A stretch of 64,000 nucleotides of DNA from Candidatus Freyarchaeum deiterrae (lineage in GTDB: Archaea > Asgardarchaeota > Jordiarchaeia > Jordiarchaeales > Jordiarchaeaceae): the NCBI GenBank assembly GCA_037305845.1, contig CP147778.1, positions 3,264,001 to 3,328,000 on the forward strand, given 5' to 3'. The translations under genes were made by a program, and so were the position numbers. The notes beneath the pieces are model-generated. The model was not told the DNA's origin. It did no database searches and saw only the letters and a program-made list of their open reading frames with translations. Shown here piece by piece: positions 63,045 to 64,000 of the stretch; positions within the stretch are counted from its first letter, which is position 1, and every line of letters starts with the position of its first letter.

Positions 63045-64000
63045 TTAGGGGTGAGTAGGTAACTTGTAGTCGGCAATTAATTCTTTTAGGTTCTGCTTTT
63101 TTGGAGCTTTGACTTTTTGGGATTTTGCTTCTGTTATGTCTTGTATCGTTTTTTTGAGAAGTTCTAGTATTTTTTTTCTGTTTTTTGGGTCGGTGGCGAC
63201 AAATCCGTGTGCTTTCATTCCCAAGTAATTTTCTATTGTCTCTGGAGGAGTTGCGTCCGGCAAATCCTGCTTGTTAGCTACTAATAAGATTTTTATGTCT
63301 GGTTTCTCCGCCTTAATCAGGTCTAATATCCCTTTAGTTTCCGCTAGGTTTTGAATTTTTGAGTCGGTGACTAGTATTGCTATGTCGGCTCCTTCAAGGA
63401 AGGGTTGCCAGAGTTTCCTGTAACGTTGCTGACCGGAAAAGTCCCAAAATACAAGCTTCATTTTCTTGGGTTCAAAATCGAATTCTTTAACGTCCACTCC
63501 AACCGTGGGACTATAAGTTGAATCCTGGTCTTCGCCCATAACTAGTTTTAGTAGCGAAGTTTTTCCAACTCCCCCCTGGCCGAGAATAGCCATTTTAAAG
63601 AAGGGGAATAAAATCTCATCCACGATAAGTTCAAATCTCCCGTAAGAATTCTCTCCGACTCTCTGCGCGATATCTTCATCTTCATCCTCCTGTTCTGTTT
63701 CATCCTCAGCCTTCCCTGCTTTCAATACGTTATCAATGGGTATGAATTCTTTCTGCAATTTTATGAGTTTGTTCGCTATGTACATTTCGTCATCGCTTTT
63801 ATCTATGCATAGCGCGAAGAGCTTAACATCATGAATGGAGTAGACAATTTTCAGGTCTTCAAAACTTAGAGTTTCAATTCTTTCACTGTGGTCAATTTTT
63901 TGTATATAGGCTGCAAAATCTCTCAGCAAACGGAGCGTTAGCTCGTTATCAAATTTAAGATCTTTGTAAAACTTCTGGAAGAGCACTTTTCCAGACCAAT
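63045..64000 (-). CDS. Longin-like domain + Arf-like small GTPase fusion, copy 3; 5' end outside window
   Basis: Frame open to the window edge (..WSGKVLFQKFY); GQGGVGKTS, WDFSGQ, NKQD. Confidence 0.85.
   Translation of the reverse strand, partial: WSGKVLFQKFYKDLKFDNELTLRLLRDFAAYIQKIDHSERIETLSFEDLKIVYSIHDVKLFALCIDKSDDEMYIANKLIKLQKEFIPIDNVLKAGKAEDETEQEDEDEDIAQRVGENSYGRFELIVDEILFPFFKMAILGQGGVGKTSLLKLVMGEDQDSTYSPTVGVDVKEFDFEPKKMKLVFWDFSGQQRYRKLWQPFLEGADIAILVTDSKIQNLAETKGILDLIKAEKPDIKILLVANKQDLPDATPPETIENYLGMKAHGFVATDPKNRKKILELLKKTIQDITEAKSQKVKAPKKQNLKELIADYKLPTHP

Overview
Archaeal chromosomal window, most likely from an Asgard archaeon. This is an inference from the archaeal TBP, TATA/BRE promoters, three longin-Arf-like GTPase fusions and the V4R-type proteins. 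It holds about 55 CDS; I saw no rRNA, tRNA, CRISPR array or intact transposase. Metabolic genes include ilvD, metY-metX-metW, amtB-glnK, an Ldh_2-family dehydrogenase, three SDRs, RidA, gamma-CA, and a ThiI-like/DsrE/TusA sulfur-relay cluster. Local tandem duplications dominate: ABC ATPase x3 with permease x2, a Cys-rich V4R-like protein x3, an all-helical unknown x2, an AbfD/HpaB-like protein x2, small charged proteins x2, and longin-GTPase x3. The strongest candidate for an undescribed system is at 56-64 kb. There a 1071-aa glycoprotein-like single-pass membrane protein with a cytoplasmic longin-like domain and helical hairpins lies next to three tandem longin-like + Arf-like GTPase fusions, a possible receptor/GEF-to-small-GTPase module. 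Features missed by the ORF track include a 57-aa His/Glu-rich protein, a TusA pseudogene, an ORF interrupted by an amber codon, an SDR with an apparent ACG start, a DUF362 relic, operator palindromes and conserved or structured leaders. All family calls come from motif recognition, not database searches.
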